A stretch of 64,000 nucleotides of DNA from Macrostomum lignano (GCA_002269645.1 NIVC01002066.1:62001-126000), one strand, 5' to 3'; shown: positions 13,481-25,606, counted from the stretch's first letter. A program made the numbers and translations. The notes: generated by a model not told the origin, from the sequence alone.

Positions 13481-14142
13481 GCAAGCCAAGTCCCGCCACA
13501 GGGGCCGGTTGCCACCTGTTCAAAACATAAAACAGGAGGAGCGGCAGTGATGAGAGGCTTCTGTAGAAAAGCAGAAGAATGCCAATTATTGCTGCTAAAT
13601 GCACTCGCCAAACTCAGCCAAGCAGACTCTCAACTGCCTGAGCTGCGCACGAGAGGAGCAGGTGAAAGCATAGGAGAGTCGGGAGAGAGCCTGAGCCCTG
13701 TTGCCAGCCAGCCAATGCTCTGCAGCTGCTGCAGTTAAGAAGGCCAGTGAGCAGAGTTAGAGAGAAAACTGACCCAGTTTAGCTATGCATTTTCTGTGCA
13801 TTTGACGACCTCCTCAAACTGATGCACTGCGGGACTGGGCAGCATTTTACACCGCTCAGTGTGCTATTAAATGCATTTAAAGATCTCACACTTCACTGAG
13901 GCACAATGGGTCAGCTCAGCCTCATCAAGTACAGCTTGGGGTGGCCGCTGCAGCCGCAGTCTCTCCGTTGCCATGCTGGGTGCACAGAGGCGAAGGCGGC
14001 GGACTCAGCGCTCATGCTCGGGAGAGAAATTTCGGCTGCTCAGGCCGGGGGTGGTCGGCCTCGCCAGAGGCTGCAAAAGGGGGGGGGCAGCTGAGAGATG
14101 AGGCGGTAAAATCTTTCTGGCAACCGGCTGCACAAACCTTTG

Positions 14143-14322
14143 AACATCTGCCACTCTGACAGCAGCCGTGACTGACATCTGCCACTCTGACAGCAGCCGT
14201 GACTGACATCTGCCACTCTGACAGCAGCCGTGACTGACATCTGCCACTCTGACAGCAGCCGTGACTGACATCTGCCACTCTGACAGCAGCCGTGACTGAC
14301 ATCTGCCACTTTGACAGCAGCC
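14143..14322. repeat. 31-bp tandem repeat, ~6 copies
   Basis: Unit gacatctgccactctgacagcagccgtgact, just upstream of the pyrimidine tract/acceptor of the ankyrin exon. Confidence 0.9.
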
Positions 14323-14444
14323 GTTTCTCTTTCTCCTTCCCTCTACTTCCCTTATTTTTCATTCTCTGTGAATTCTCTTTCCTCGCTCGTTACTCTCCCT
14401 TTCAGCCCCTTTCGTGTTCTCTACAGTCTTCCTTTGCACTTGAA

Positions 14445-17400
14445 ATGGCTGGTGAGGCTCTTGAAGGGATGAGGACTAGAGAGATGGTGATTTTAGGGTT
14501 GATGACTGTAGGGGTGATGACTGAAAGGTTTGGGAATGCAATATTGATGTATTTCGGGGTGATGACTGTAGGGATGGTGACTGCAGGGATGATGATGACT
14601 GTAGGGATGGTGACTGTAGGGATGGTGACTGTAGGGTTGATGACTGTAGGGATTCTAGGGTTGGTGACTATAGAGATGGTGACTGTAGGGTTGATGAATA
14701 TAGGGATGGTGACTGCATGGATTCTAGGAATGATTATTGTAGGAAGGATTTTATGGATGGTAAACCAACGCCGGAATCAGCGACTCATTGCAAAATTTGT
14801 GGAACAAGCTGTAAGAGATGGTCAGTGGGAAGTCTTCGCGGCTCTTGTGCCAGAAGTCGCTCACCCAGCAGACAGAGATCGCAGCTGCATCCACGCTGCA
14901 GATTTTGCTGCAAGAAACGGTCACTTAGAAGTCTTCAAATCTCTCGTGCTCCAAATCGCTGACCAGGCAAACAGAGATCGCTGCTGCATCGACACTGCAA
15001 AATCTGTGGCAAGAAATGGTCACTTAGAAGTCGTCAGGTTTCTCATGCTCCAGATCGCTGACCAGGCAAACAGAGATCGCTGCTGCCTCGACGCTGCCGT
15101 ATCTGCTGTAGAAAATGGTCACTTAAAAGTCGTCAAGTTTCTCGTGTCACAAGTCGCTGACCAGGCAAACAGAGATCGCTGCTGCATCGACACTGCAAAA
15201 TCTGCAGCAAGAAATGGTCACTTAGAAGTCGTCAAGTTTCTCGTGCCACAAGTCGCTGACCGGGCAAACAGAGATCGCTGCTGCATCGTCGCTGCCACAT
15301 CTGCAGTAGAAAAGGGTCAGTGGGAAGTCGTCAAGTTTCTCGTGCTCCAAATAGCTGATCAGGTAAACATAGACCGCTGCTGCATCGACACTGCAAAATC
15401 TGCGGCAAGAAATGGTCACTTAGAAGTCGTCAAGTTTCTCGTGCCACAAGTCGCTGACCGGGCAAACAGAGATCGCTGCTGCATCGTCGCTGCCACATCT
15501 GCAGTAGAAAAGGGTCAGTGGGAAGTCGTCAAGTTTCTCATGCTCCAAATCGCTGACCAGGCAAACAGAGATCAGTGCTGCCTCGACGCTGCCGTATCTG
15601 CTGTAGAAAATGGTCACTTAGAAGTCGTCAAGTTTCTCGTGCCACAAGTCGCTGACCAGGCAAATAAAGACCGCTGCTGCATCGACACTGCAAAATCTGC
15701 AGCAAGAAATGGTCACTTAGAAGTCGTCAAGTTTCTCATGCTCCAAATCGCTGACCAGGCAAACAGAGATCAGTGCTGCCTCGACGCTGCCGTATCTGCT
15801 GTAGAAAACGGTCACTTAGAAGTCGTCAAGTTTCTCGTGCCTCAAGTCGCTGACCAGGCAAACAAAGATCGCTGCTGCATCGACACTGCAAAATCTGCGG
15901 CAAGAAATGGTCACTTAGAAGTCGTCAAGTTTCTCGTGCCCCAAATCGCTCACCAGACAAACAGAGATCAGTGCTGCCTCGACGCTGCCGAATCTGCTGC
16001 GGGATACTCGTATGGTAAGTTAGAAGCCGTCAAGTTAGAGGAGTCAGAACTCGCTGACGAAACAAACAGTATGCGCTACCTCAAAGATCTTGCCGAAGGT
16101 TTTGGAAGGATAGGGCTGGCTGGTTTCTTTTTCGGTAACATGACTCCCCAATTCGAGTCACAAGTCGACGTCGCTGCCAAAGAAAACGAAAATCGGTGCT
16201 ACATCAGAGCTGCCAAAATTGCTGTTGAAAATAGTCTTCTAAAATTCTTCAAGTTTCTTGTGCCACAATTTGCTGACAAGGCAAACAGAGATCGCTGCTG
16301 CATCAAAGCTACCAAATCTGCTTTAAAAAATGGTCAGTGGGAAGTCGTCAAGTTTCTCGTTCCACACGTCACTGACCAAGCAAACAGAGATCGCTGCTGC
16401 ATCGACGCTGCCATATCTGCTGCAACGAATGGCGACTTAGAAGTCGTCAAGTTTCTCGTGCCACAAATCGCTGACCAAGCAAATAAAGATCGCTGCTGCA
16501 TCGACGCTGCCGAAGCTGCTGCAAGAAATGGTCACTTAGAAGTCGTCAAGTTTCTCGTGCCACAAGTCACTGACCAAGCAAACAGAGATCGCTGCTGCAT
16601 CGACGCTGCCGAATATGCTGCAACAAATGGTCACTTAGAAGTCGTCAAGTTTCTTGTGCCACAAGTCGCTGACCAGGCAAACAGAGATCGCTGTTGTATC
16701 GACACTGCCGAATCTGCTGCTAGATACTCGTATGGTAAGTTAGAAGCCGTCAATTTAAAAGAGAAACAACTGGCTGACGAAACAAACAGTAAGCGCCACT
16801 GCAAAGAAACTGCCGAACGTGTTGCAAGAGTATGGCGAATTGATGGTTACAACCCTATAGTTACCCCGATTCTCGAGTTCGAGTCACAATTCGACGTCGC
16901 TGCCCAAGAAAGCAAAAATCGCTGCTACATCAGCGCTGCCAAAAGTTCTGTGGAAAGTGGTCTCTTAAAATTCTTTAAGTTTCTCGTGCCAAAAGTTGTT
17001 GACCAGGAAAAGAGAGATCGCTGCTGCATCAAAGCTGCCAAATCTGCTTTAGAAAATGGTCAATGGGAAGTCGTCAAGTTCCTCATCTCCTGTCTCTCAA
17101 GTCCGGATCATAAAGCGAATCTCCGTTTCCAATGCGCAGTCGCGGCTTGCTTTCGTCTTTGCGAAGATGTCGTAATCTCCCTCGGCCTCGAGCCCGACTG
17201 GCTGTTCCAATCCAGCACCATCCTCAGCTTCACTGCAGCAAGGGCCATCGAAGGCAGGAACTCTGTTCTCACCGACACCCTCTCTCGAATGCAGCCAGCT
17301 CAAATCACACAGCTGCTCCGTCTCTCCATCTCTCAAAGACACGTCGCTCTTGCTGTCACACTGATCAATGATGAGCGATTCACCACAGAGCATGTCGATC

Positions 17401-17689
17401 AGCCAGACAACACTGGAGCCACTGCTCTCATGCTGGCAGCTGATGCAGATAATCACGAGCTCATTGAGAAACTCATCGATCTCGGTGCGTCAGTGCGTGC
17501 TGAAGACAGCCAAGGTCGGACTGCTCTGTCACGAGCGTGCGAAGCCGGTCACGTGCGAGCAGCCAAGACTCTGATCGACAGAGGAGCGGATGTGAGTCAT
17601 CGAGACGGTTGGGATCTGACGTGTGCGCAGGTGGCACAGCGATTTGAGCAGCGGCAGGTGCTGCGGCTGCTGGATCTCAGTGGAGCGAG
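14445..17689 (+). CDS. Ankyrin-repeat cGAS-like receptor (ANK-Mab-21/cGLR), coding exon 1: hydrophobic N-terminus, ~22 atypical 33-aa ankyrin repeats and 3 canonical ankyrin repeats
   Basis: Open frame of >3.2 kb. Repeat consensus ADQANRDRCCIDTAKSAARNGHLEVVKFLVPQV; canonical repeats TGATALMLAA, GRTALSRAC..GH. Ends at a phase-2 GTGAGT donor at 17690. The true 5' end is uncertain (acceptor-like sites at 14405 and 14426). Confidence 0.85.
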
Positions 17690-18245
17690 GTGAGTAGGGC
17701 GAGAACTGTGCGAATCATTTCAATACTGTATAGTGTATAGTGTCGATGCTTAATGAAACATCTGCAATTTTTCAGTTGCCCTGTGCGTGCGTTGTGCCAA
17801 TCACGTCTTGTCTGGCTTTGCTAATCTTTTGCATTAGCGAATATACTCACGTTTTTTAGTCTTCCGTGCAGGAAACTAAGAAGTTTTTTGCGAAAGTCAA
17901 ACATTGCTGTCTCTCCTTCTTCTCCTGCATTGCGCTAAATCAGCGATACGAGTAAAACGGGGGGGGGGCACCAGATTCCTTGCTGGCAGAGAGGAGAAGC
18001 AACCAAGCCCAGTTGGCACATCTGCCCAGGGGCGAACGGCTCTCTCTTGCTCATTGGCTGCCTTCTCTCTGTCGCCTGCTTCTGCCCGCCTCTCCCTATG
18101 ATTTTTTATCTTTCTTATACTTGAAAAAGCGCTAGTATTTTGATGAAGCCGCGCAACCTAGGCGCTAACCGTTAAATAGTGTGGTATATAATCCTACGTG
18201 TGAGTCTCTTTTCTGCCATTGACTTATTTTGTTATGATTCTGCTT

Positions 18246-19378
18246 TGAAACTTTCTTCTTTCTTTTCTTCCTAATACATGTACTAAAACCGATTCGATGT
18301 TTGTCTGTGTGTTGCAAGTGAACTCCTACAATACTGGCAAGTCAGCGTCGAAACTTATATGGGAAAACTGCAAATTTTCAGGACCAGGCTTTATAGGCGA
18401 TTTGAATTTTAAATTTTCAAATTTTAACATCCCTAAAAAGCACCAACGGTTTTGTAACCTTCACTAACCTTATTGGCCCCTCTGCCTCTCCAGTGGATGT
18501 CTGTCTACTACGCTTTTTCTCACAGACTATCATAACCGTTACTTTGAAAGTAGAAAGCGTCTTTTATCGATTTCAATTTAACAGTCTTGATTGACGGAAA
18601 TGATATTGATATATAGTTAGATAGTCGTTTAATGAAGGAGACTTTAATTAAAATCAGTTAAAGGAAATTTAATCTATCATTTCAGTAATTTCAGCTATTT
18701 TAGTAATGGAGGAGGCGGGCGACCAATTTCAATTGGTTTTATTATCTAGCACCTTCAGTCAGTCATACAAGATTAAAGAGAAGAGAAGAGAGGAGAGATG
18801 ACAGAAAATGGAGTAGATATGAGAGATGAGAGATTTGAGAGATGACAGCTGGGAGAGTAGAGGGGATTGAGGCGGGAATGAATTAAAAAGAGAAGAGAAG
18901 AGGGGAGATATGAGATAGCAGAGAGAAGGCAGGGGAGATGAGAGGAGAGAGAAGAGAAAAGAGAAGAGGAGAGAGAGGAGAGTGAAGCGAGAGGAGAAGG
19001 GAGTGAAGAGAGAGAAGAGGGATGAGAAATCAGACATAAGAGAGTTCAGAGAGGAGATAGTGAGGCGAAGAAGAGTTTTAGAGAGGAGCACAGAGAGGAA
19101 GGATAAGAGATGAAATATTATAGATAAGAAAGTAGAGATGAGAGAGGAGAAATGAGAGAGATAAGAGAGCAACGATAAGAGAAAAGACAAAAGAATCTGA
19201 GTCTGGACAATGGCAGTTAGGTTTTTTGGAACAGGAAAAACAAGATATAGATTTAAAAAGGGCTTGTAGAGGATTTGGAGACGATTTGAAAGATGGGATT
19301 CAAGTCATGGAATTTCAGCTGATGGAGAATAAAATTCTGGCAATGGGTGTTCTTTCCCTTTCTCCTCCGAAGGAGGAG
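18246..19378. other. Unclassified ~1.1-kb insertion, including a GA-rich microsatellite (~18770-19190), inside the 5' LTR
   Basis: The 5' LTR matches the 3' LTR up to gattctgctt (18245) and again from ttccac (~19379). The sequence between is absent from the 3' LTR. Confidence 0.7.
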
Positions 19379-22300
19379 TTCCACTCATTAAGACCTAAGC
19401 CGCGAGCTGCCTTGAAGTAAATAAAAAGGAAGAAAGGAGAAAGATATATACTCTCGCACAAAATTCTAAACTAAAGAGCATTCCTGGAATTCATTACGGA
19501 AACCGGATGCTACATTGGCGACGAGGATATGACTGCCGCGCCCAACATCGCTTCAAGAATCTGTGCCTTCGACCCGGGAAGACCAAAGAGATGGTCGGTG
19601 TACGAAGAATGTTTGGAGCAATATTTCATCGCGAAAGCCATCACCGATGCAAACATATAGAAGACTGAGGTCATGCCAGTGGTGGGTGAAGATTGCTACT
19701 GCCTGCTGCGAGATCTGCTGTCTCCGGACCTCCCGAAAAGTATGGCTTATGATGAGCTGATAACAGTGCTAAGAAACTATTTCGCACCGATGCCAAAGAA
19801 AGTAGAGACTACAATTTCTACAATAGAAATTAACAAGAGGGCGAAGTAATCTCAGAGTATATAGCAAATTTAAGGAAGCTGGCTGCAACCTGTATGTTTA
19901 GGGCCTTTCTGAATGAAGCTATCAGAGATAAGTTTGTTTGCGGATTGGCAGCAAGCTCATTCAACAGCGTCTTCTGCAAGAAGATGGCAAAGCGCTGGAC
20001 GAGACCATCAAAATATTGCAATATCAACCACCATCGAGACTGCAGAAAAAGATGCAACGCTCATCAACTCTAGCAGATTCAGTGGAGCTCAAGCCAACTC
20101 AGTCAAGGAAGTCAGACCAAAAGGTTCAAAAGAATCTGCTCATGACAGATGCTACCGATGCTTAGCGACGGGTCACTGGGCTAGAAGCTGCCAATCTTAT
20201 ACTTATCGATCTTATGTCTACAAGAAGTGCAACAAACCGGGACACCTGGAGAAGGCATGCAGAACTCAGCAGTCGACAGAAGCTCACAGAGCCAGACAGA
20301 ATGGTCAGAGAAAAAATTACAAAACAAGATTAGACCAAAGCACAAGAAGGGTGAAATACATGAGCGCAAATCGAAGCCAAGGCAGCAGTGAGGAGTCGCC
20401 CGACTTCTCAAATACGAGTATTAATAACGTTGCCATCAGCAGGAACTGCCAGCCTAGCGAAAATAGCGCTAGAAAGAAACGATTCAATCCTTTCTTGGAA
20501 ACTCTGCAAATCAACAACAAGAAGGTGACGTTTGAGATAGACACGGGCGCCGAACGAACAATTATTAACAAACAAACAGCTAAGCAGCTCGGAGTGAAAC
20601 CGACAGACACGACCCTGATTCTCACTTCGTACTCCGGTGAAAAGACCCCTGTTTGGAGAAGCCACCATAAAAGCACTGGACAATGGCACTACCATTGAGC
20701 TTGATATCGTGATTGTCGACGGCAGAAGACAGAATTTGTTGGGCCGCGATTGGATCACGCAACTTGGGAATCTCGCTTGGAAATACGCAGGAAGCGCTGG
20801 CTGCAGTACACAGTCGGAAACTCTCCTTGTGAACGTGTCTCAAAAGTTTAGTGAAATTCTCCAGGAGCACAGTGAATTATTCACGAGTGGCCTAGGTAAG
20901 TAAAGTATAGCAACTAGCGGCAAAGCTTCATCTAAAGGAAAGTTCACTACCAAAGTTCTGCAAATCACGACCGGTGCCCTTTGATCTGAAAGTCTGAATC
21001 CTGCAATTGAGAAGGAGCTAAAAAGCTTGAAGAGCCAAGGAATAATTAGACTGGTAAAAGCTTCCAAATATGCGAGTCCAATAGTGCCAGTTTCAAAAAG
21101 GATAGGAAATCGATTCGCATCTGCACTGATTTCAAAATAAAAATCAATCCCGCCTGGGGAGTGGACATTTACCCAGTGAGCAGGCCGGAGGAGCTGTTTG
21201 CAAAACTAAGCGGTGGGAAGCTGTTCAGCAAGCTCGATATATCTCAAGCATTCTTACAGCTAGAACTGCAAGAAGAGTGCCGGAAATATACAACTATCAA
21301 TACGCACCTGGACTTATTCGAGTACAACAAGTCATGGGACTAGCGAGTTCATCTGCTCAATTTCAAGAGGCAATGGACAAGATACTTCAGGGTCTGGACG
21401 CCGTTTGCTTTATCGACGACATTGTTTTAAAGGCATCGACAGTCGAATATCAAAATAAACTGATCAGGGACGTGCTAAAGAGACTGCAAGATTATGTTAT
21501 TCGACTCAATCGGTCGAAGTGCCAGTTCATAATGCCGAATATCGAATTTCTAGGTCATATCTTTGATGCCACAGGAGTTCGCCAGTCTCCCAAAGTAACT
21601 AAAGCCATCATTGATGCTCCTGCACCAAGCAACACTGCCGAAGTGCGTTCGCCAGTTGGTCTAATAAACTACTATCGGAAATTTATTCGAAATCTATCAG
21701 ATCTACTCGAACCGCTAAATAGGTTGCTTCAGAAAGGTGTCGACTTTCAATGGACTGATGAATGCCAGGAAGCGTTCCAATAATGCAAAGCTATGCTGAG
21801 CTCTGATGAGGTCCTAACGTACTATGACCCCAGCAAGCCGTTCGTAGTACAGACCTACGCATCATGCTATGGAGTTGGTGCTGTTCTGTCACACACTTAA
21901 AGACTCGGAAGAGAAGCTTATATGCTATGCATCTCGAAGTTTGTCTAAAGCGGAGCGGAACTACTCTCAGATTGAGAAGGAAGGTTTAGCCATCGTGTTC
22001 GCGGTAAAGGAACTTTATCAATATCTCTATGGGCTCCAGTTTTTTCTGGTAACTGACCACAAGCTTCTGGTCACGATTTTTGGGCTTAAGAATAACATAC
22101 CCAGCATTCCCATCAGCCGTTTACAAAGATGGGCAGTAATTCGTTCAGCCTACAGCTTTGAAATTTGGTACCGACGAATGGAAGACCAGGGGAATGCGGA
22201 TGCCTTATCCAGACTGTCCACTTCCGAATTTCAAGGAGCGGATGATGCCGTGTTCCAGAATAGGATAGACGCGCAACCGATCGACTCCAATGACTTGAAA

Positions 22301-23503
22301 AGAGCCACTTCGAATGACTCTATGCTGTTGCGAGTTCTTTGCTACTGCAAAGCTGGTTGGCCAGAGTCAGTGGAGGCAGAGTTAAGCCATTTCATAGCCG
22401 GCGGCATGAGCTGAGCGTGGAAGATGGAGTTCTATTCTGCGGAATTCGGCTAATAATTCCATCAGTATTAAAAAGTCAGCTTCTGCAGCTGCTGCATGAA
22501 GGACATCTCGGAATTATGGGCATGAAGTTACTGGCAAGAATGCATATATGGTACCCAGGCATTGATATTGATATAGAAAATTGCTTGGCTAGATGCACAG
22601 GATGTAAATCGCAACTAAACGTGCCTGCACAAGCACCGCTACAGCCTCTCAATTGGCCAGAGAAGCCATGGACTCGACTGCACGTGGACTTTTTTAGCCT
22701 ATGCTACGGATATACTTGGCTGTTGCTCGTGGACGCCACAACAAAATGGGTGGAAATCTTCCCAATGAGATCGGCGACCACTTATAACACCATGAACAGA
22801 CTCCAAGAGACATTTGCTCGTTATGGGTATGCGAAGCACGATACGCTCGTACAGCATGACGCCCCATTCTACTACTGGCAAGTCTCCCGCTGAAATGATG
22901 CTCAAATACTCAATACGAACCAAGCTCAGCATACTTCATCCAGACACGGAGCAGCGACTGGCCGAGAAGCAGCATCAACAGAAAATGCAGCATGACGCAA
23001 GACCCAGTCCGAAGATCAGAAATTTCAAGCAAGGCGACAACGTGCTAACTTTGGACATTAGAAGACAAGCGGACGACAAATGGGCTGTGGAAACAATCCT
23101 TCGAAGCCGAGCCCCGCTGTCATATCTAGTGAAGGTGGGCCCTATGGACTGGAAGCGACATGTGGACCACATACTGTCTGCTGGTGCTGCAGAGCGACCG
23201 TAGACGATCACGGACAAGGTACTGGAACATTTGATCGGCAAGCCTCAACCCGGAGAAAAGGCAACACAGTTGGACAGATGTCAACCTGTTCCACAACCGG
23301 AGCAAGCTACCAAGATCGTCAAGCCGTCAGCGCGTCGACGTCGCTATCAGCATGAGGACGTGCCACTAACTGAAACGTGATTGAGGCCTCGAGGAACCGT
23401 GATCTGAATACTATTTTATCGCGGAAGATCCGAAAAAAGCCTACAGGAAGTTACCATTTTTTCAAAGGAGTGACACGTGGTATATGATCCTACGCGTGTC
23501 TCT

Positions 23504-23697
23504 GAGCCGTATGCAGAAAGCTTAGTCCAAACTAGCTAGTCCGGACTTGGGTAGTTCAGTCTATAGTCTATGGTATAGCTACCTTGGTTCTGTCTATAGT
23601 AGACCGGTCTAACTTTGTGTTTCTGCATACCAAATACAAGTCCAGACTAGCTTTTCAAGACCGGACTACCCTAGACAGAGCTTTCTGCATTCGGCTT
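23504..23697. mobile_element. 194-bp MITE-like insertion in the 3' LTR
   Basis: TIRs gagccgtatgcagaaagct / agctttctgcattcggctt; flanks gtctct and gtctat (apparent 6-bp TSD with one mismatch). The empty site is visible in the 5' LTR. Confidence 0.8.
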
Positions 23698-24148
23698 GTC
23701 TATTTTCTGCCACAGACTTATTTTGTAACGATTCTGCTTCCACACTTTTTAAGTACTTAGCTGCGAGTTACCTTGAAGTAAATACAAGCGTAAAAAAGGG
23801 AAAAAGGAGAAAGAAATATACTCTCGCGCAAAACTCTAAACTAAATAGCATTCCTGGAATTCATTACGAAAACCGGATGCTACAAATAGAATTGGAGTTT
23901 CTGGCTCAATGAAGCGATTTGTGCCGCATGAGAATCTCAACAAAGTCAAGTGCTGTGTGAACCCTGGCTTTCTTTGCGCATTGCAGAAGCCCAGAGGCCT
24001 CTCCGGCAGCCGCTCACCGCTTGGATTCGGGCCTCCATCGGTGAGTCTGACCGGTTCGGCTTTCAGTGCCATATTGCGCCTTCCAACAGACTGGCAGCTT
24101 GGGGCAGAAATTGCAGCGAAACTCAGGAGGGCTGAGATTGGGTTGGAC

Positions 24149-24638
24149 TGAGTGCTGCAGCAGCTGCACTCTCAGCTCTCCTGCTTGAGATGCCAGTCTG
24201 AGTGCTGCAGCAGCTGCACTCTCAGCTCTCCTGCTTGAGATGCCAGTCTGAGTGCTGCAGCAGCTGCACTCTCAGCTCTCCTGCTTGAGATGCCAGTCTG
24301 AGTGCTGCAGCAGCTGCACTCTCAGCTCTCCTGCTTGAGATGCCAGTCTGAGTGCTGCAGCAGCTGCACTCTCAGCTCTCCTGCTTGAGATGCCAGTCTG
24401 AGTGCTGCAGCAGCTGCACTCTCAGCTTTGCCTGCTTGAGATGCCAGTCTGAGTGCTGCAGCAGCTGCACTCTCAGCTCTCCTGCTTGAGATGCCAGTCT
24501 GAGTGCTGCAGCAGCAGCACTCTCAGCTTTGCCTGCTTGAGATGCCAGTCTGAGTGCTGCAGCAGCTGCACTCTCAGCTCTCCTGCTTGAGATGCCAGTC
24601 TGAGTGCTGCAGCAGCTGCACTCTCAGCTCTCCTGCTT
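24149..24638 (+). repeat. 50/51-bp tandem array, 10 units, each containing the exon-2 splice acceptor
   Basis: Unit tgagtgctgcagcagctgcactctcag|ctctcctgcttgagatgccagtc, starting at 24149, 24199 ... 24601. Confidence 0.95.
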
Positions 24639-25064
24639 GTTCTGTCCATCCAAATCTGAGCAAGTCACCCACACGCATCTCGGATCATTCCAGGCTCTCA
24701 GACGACTCCCAGCAAGACAGGTGCCTCAGCGAGGAGCTGCATCGACTGCTCAGCGATGCGGGATTCACCGAGCAGAGATCAAGGTGTCAGCAGAGACTGG
24801 CTGACTGGCTGCAACTATTCGCTCGAGTCCTCACACAGGATGGCGATCGCAGGCACATGACGGGCAGCTACGCAGAGGGCTGGGCCAACAGTCTGGTGCA
24901 AGTGAACGGCAGGACAGCTGCAGACTCGGACATTGACTGGACTGTGCTGGTTGATGGGCAAATGTTCCATCTGGAGGGTGGCTGCGAAAGAAGGAAGGAC
25001 TCTTGCAGAGACACCACTCAGCTGCCAATCACAGAGGGCCACGCACAGGTGGCAGCGGGAGCAG
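24628..25064 (+). CDS. ANK-Mab-21 gene exon 2: nucleotidyltransferase catalytic core
   Basis: The phase-2 acceptor matches the exon-1 donor. MTGSYAEGWANSLVQVNGRTAADSDIDWTVLV fits the hGS-x20-DhD cGAS/Mab-21 motif. Ends at a phase-1 GTGAGT donor. Confidence 0.85.
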
Positions 25065-25606
25065 GTGAGTGAGGCTGGGTTCATCATCACAATGCTGAGA
25101 TTCGCATGCAACCTGAAGCCCATTAACTTTGCTCAATTTTAAATTCGCAACCGAGAGGCGCCCAGCCTCCAGCAGCTTCTGTGACTGCGAATGTCGGCTT
25201 GTGTGCTGAAACAGGCGGCAGGCGAAATTGAAAAGAAAACTCTGATGCCAACTGGCTGAGCCGGGCCGTTGGGTTTTGAATTTACAGGCTCCGATTGCTG
25301 CAGAGTGGGTGCAGCGTTGCGTGGCTACCCACGTGTGGGGCAGTGCACATCTGCCTCCCTCTCTCTCTCTCTCTGGCCGCCACAGGATGGCTATTTTTAT
25401 CCAAATGTAACTCCGTGCGAGATAGTGTCGGAGTTTCTGCTTAAAAGAAAGAAAACTGAATGAAAACTGAATTTTGCTTGAAAATTTATTTCCCATAATA
25501 ATCAAACACTCAATATTCCCTACCAGTGAAAAGAAAATCTGCAGTTGCAAACTAACATATCGTTTCACTCGCCACAAAGCGCCTTTCTACTCACTGTGCT
25601 CTTCAG

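Larger units (their letters stand above)
18180..23884 (+). mobile_element. Decayed full-length Ty3/Gypsy (Mag-like) LTR retrotransposon in intron 1 of the ANK-Mab-21 gene
   Basis: TSD AATAG on both sides; both LTRs end ...aaccggatgctaca (19514, 23884); PBS TTGGCGACGAGG. Coding remnants: gag zinc knuckle, protease FEIDTGA, RT (SKLDISQAFLQ, CFIDD), RNase H (ERNYSQIEKEGLAIV), integrase (HEGHLG..C..C, RLHVDF). Many stops and frameshifts. Confidence 0.93.

Noticed and set aside
13308-13604. Signal-peptide-like ORF with (HHPYS)n on the minus strand
   Set aside because: It starts at GTG and is the antisense reading of the 15-bp unit whose sense reading is in the cGLR frame. There is no independent support.
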